NCBI GenBank assembly: GCA_964016885.1
Contig: OZ024743.1
Coordinates: 196,602,001 to 196,666,000, forward strand
Source of the DNA: Eledone cirrhosa
Lineage: Eukaryota
Length of the DNA stretch: 64,000 bases
Direction: 5' to 3'
Within the stretch, counting starts at the first letter, position 1. The number at the start of each line of letters is the position of its first letter. The notes beneath the pieces are model-generated. The model saw only the letters and a list, made by a program, of their open reading frames with translations, was not told the origin of the DNA and did no database searches. The translations under genes and the position numbers were made by a program. Below, piece by piece: positions 60,588-64,000 of this stretch.

Positions 60588-62873
60588 CGTGTATACATAT
60601 AATTAAATAAACGTATATAAATAAATAAATACGTATATAACATGCGCACACACATACCTACATGTAAATACACATATGTTCGGAGACGTACGTCAACCAA
60701 AACACAAAGTACACATATACACACACCCTACATACGTATGAACCAGCATACTCACACAGACGCAAAACTCACGTATACACATAACAAAAAGCATATGTAC
60801 CAGAATATATAATATATACGCCATAATATATACAATAAAATACACGTACGAGAAAGTATACGTACTTTCACAAACATACAGGTAATATATACTTACCCTA
60901 TACAAATAAGTAATGGTATAAACATAACATATACTTAGCTACCACACCAAGACGTAAAATATCCGCGTATAGTTCGTACTATCCGTTAGGGTATAATGTG
61001 GGGCTGTAATATAGGAAAGTTTTGTGCAATTTATGTTTACAAGCCGAAATTGCCTCAGATTTTTTGTTTAAGATGTGGTCTTTGGCGTAGAGTATTTCCA
61101 GGGCCTCAGCGGCGCAGAGGTCACATGGTCTTTTATTTCCGTTATACGATCTAGCCCTAGCTAGGATCTCCCAGTGTAACTTATATTGGGTGTGGTTGTT
61201 TTTTAGACTCAAGATATACGCTGAAAGTGACGTCATATTCCTTCTTAAAGGGTTACGAAAAGAATGGGTATGCATGTAAAGACGCTGCTTGAATCTATTG
61301 GCGATTAACCCTATGTAGGCCCTACGGGACGTGGGTGTTTCAACCTTACATTTGTAGACAATGTTATTAGAGAGGCATTTCCCGGTTAGTCAACCCGATT
61401 CCTACAATTACAGTTAGTACTAACTACAGGGTTGCACGTGTTTCTACGGCTAGGTAGTTTAGCTAAATTTGACGCTGTGATGTTATGTGCAAGGTTAGGA
61501 GTCGTAGAATAAGAAATTTTAATAGTATTTCTAATAAAAATTTTACTATATTTATGTGTAGGGGGAAATGCTTCATAATAAGGGAGAGAAAGATCATGGC
61601 TAATGGTGTGGCCACCTCCATATTATATGGTGGGTTATACCAGATAATGCGTCGGGATCTATTTCTTCTAGGTCTATCTCGTACTCTGTATATGCTACCT
61701 TATTGACAAATCCACTCCGAGCAAGAGCTTCATTGTAATATGTGGAATGGTCGTTGAAAATATGCTCGTTAGTAGATAGACGGGAAAGCCTCAAAGAAAT
61801 GTTTCTTACCAGGTTCTTAGTTATGCTGGCAGGATGGTTGGAATGCTTACTAATGTAATTAAGCGTATCATTCGGCTTTATATACGGGTAATGCAAGCCA
61901 TTCGATAAATTCAGGGTAACGTCGAGGTAATTAACGACTGAGAGGTTGGCATCAACCTGTATGGAGAGATTGAAGCCTTTAAAGAAGGCTGTGAGTTCTT
62001 TTCTGAACCTGTCGCAAGCACGTGGGTCGCACTTAGTCATGGTCAAAAGACCATCATCACGGTACAAACCACCGCCAACGTTGGGGAATTCTTCCTTGAT
62101 AGAGAAAAGAAGGAAAAGGCCGATAAGATCAGTAACCTCCGCAGAATCGCTGGCGCCCATACTCACGTCGAATGGGGTACTATTAGATTTTTTAATCCAA
62201 ATAGAGTCGTCGAAATTAATCACCGACTTAAGGGCATTGAGGATGACATCAATTTCGAAATCCTTAACCACTGTGAGTGTTTTAGCGAAATTGATAGTTC
62301 TAAGGAGAAATGGTAAAGGAGTAGTAATTATTGATGTCGAATTGGATAAAACGGCAATGTTCCTTGTTGCACCAATCAATCACCGCGAAAGAATTGTTCC
62401 ACAGTGCAAGAGGGGCCAAACTTCTTATTTCAGGTATAATTCTATCAAGAATCCTTTTACTAAGTCTACCTAAATCGGACTTCGTAGGGTTAATAAGCCG
62501 AATAGAGGGGTTGTTCGGAAAATTGGATTTGTGATCCTTCAGGGTAAAGTGGGGAGAAATAGGGTCCAGAGGTTCAGTTCGGTCAGGATGTTGAGATCAG
62601 AGGTGATTTTAAACCCAGCATCGTTGATTTCATTAATAACGCTCCGATTAGTTTTACGGTAATCCTTAGTTACAGCATTATGTAGCAGTTGATGGTAAGT
62701 AGTGCGCTCCACTTGATATAGGTTGCCAGTTTTGTCGGAATGGACGTGTACGGCATTAGAATCCTTAATAGAACGAATTCTATTATTCAGGTTCTGCTGG
62801 AAGGAATTGCTCCTATTCCGAAATTTGATACTCCGTATGAGTTCCAAGACATCGTTTTCGAAGGGTACCAATG
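59780..62873 (-). mobile_element. Penelope-like retroelement, Naiad-type (RT + C-terminal GIY-YIG), 5'-truncated and frameshifted
   Basis: SDKTGNLY, FIQFDI, MGASDSAEVTDLIGLFLL, GLYRDDGL, NYLDVTL, SNHP, IIWYNPPY, CNC..GKCL..NIVY...YIG, CDLC..E, LNKKSE..C.H across several frames. The ORF ends at 60979. The 1.2-kb 3' region has a ~128-bp duplication, a degenerate hammerhead and AATAAA. Confidence 0.9.
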
Positions 62874-63134
62874 CTATATATATATATATATATATATATT
62901 ACAAATTGACGGATAAGTATTTACACTTAATTTTATTTGGAGTTAAGATTCTATTGGTTTTTTCCCCGGTTTACACAAAATCTGTGGATAAAATTTCTGG
63001 TCTTGAATTGTTTAGAATTGGGATTAAATTATATTCCCATATCTTACGTTGAATATTTTTCATCTTGACGTAATAGTCACTTATATGTCTGAATTACTGT
63101 TGGCTTCTTGCTTACATTAATTTCTCTATTTTCA

Positions 63135-63783
<649 letters not shown>

Positions 63784-63948
63784 CGTTAAGCGAATGAGGT
63801 CTGGGATCTTGTCGATCGACTGTCGATATTACATTGAAAATTATATATTCGTATGTCATGTTTGAGATAATCTTGAACATGCGCCTTATCACCTAAGAAT
63901 AATTCAGGGAATAAATCTGAGCATTTAATCATTACAAAATAGTGAATT

Positions 63949-63994
<46 letters not shown>

Positions 63995-64000
63995 TATATA

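Noticed and set aside
61385-61395. In-frame TGA near the Naiad Cys cluster as possible selenocysteine
   Set aside because: It lies at a frameshift. One small deletion removing the expected CP codons explains it, the copy is decayed, and no SECIS was recognised.
61946-62473. 175-aa plus-strand ORF, and similar antisense ORFs over the RTE copies
   Set aside because: Antisense shadows of RT coding sequence.

Overview
Eukaryotic, very AT-rich, (TA)n-saturated animal DNA. The repeat repertoire suggests a cephalopod such as Octopus, which is an inference. Nearly all long ORFs in the track are translations of microsatellites and are not genes. Real content: (1) Two small minus-strand exons (46150-46215 and 29080-29155) splice in phase to give a signal peptide plus a PDGF/VEGF-like propeptide, so much of the window is probably intronic. 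(2) A 23-kb (TA)/(TACA) microsatellite field holds 5'-truncated RTE LINEs (one family with a PHD-like zinc finger inside the RT), LINE tails and SINEs. (3) A decayed Naiad-type Penelope-like element (RT + GIY-YIG) lies at ~59.8-62.9 kb. (4) Most notably, many short non-coding elements sit in (TA)n tracts. Many are near-perfect foldback palindromes, many carry hammerhead ribozyme cores, and two are retrozyme-like tandem or partial-tandem units (469 and 440 bp). Otherwise unrelated families and the Naiad element share a covarying RCTC...GAGY stem, usually just beyond the end of the inverted arm. This may be a shared cis-signal for a Penelope-driven, TA-targeted ribozyme mobilisation system. All ribozyme, exon and family calls were made by eye and need computational confirmation.
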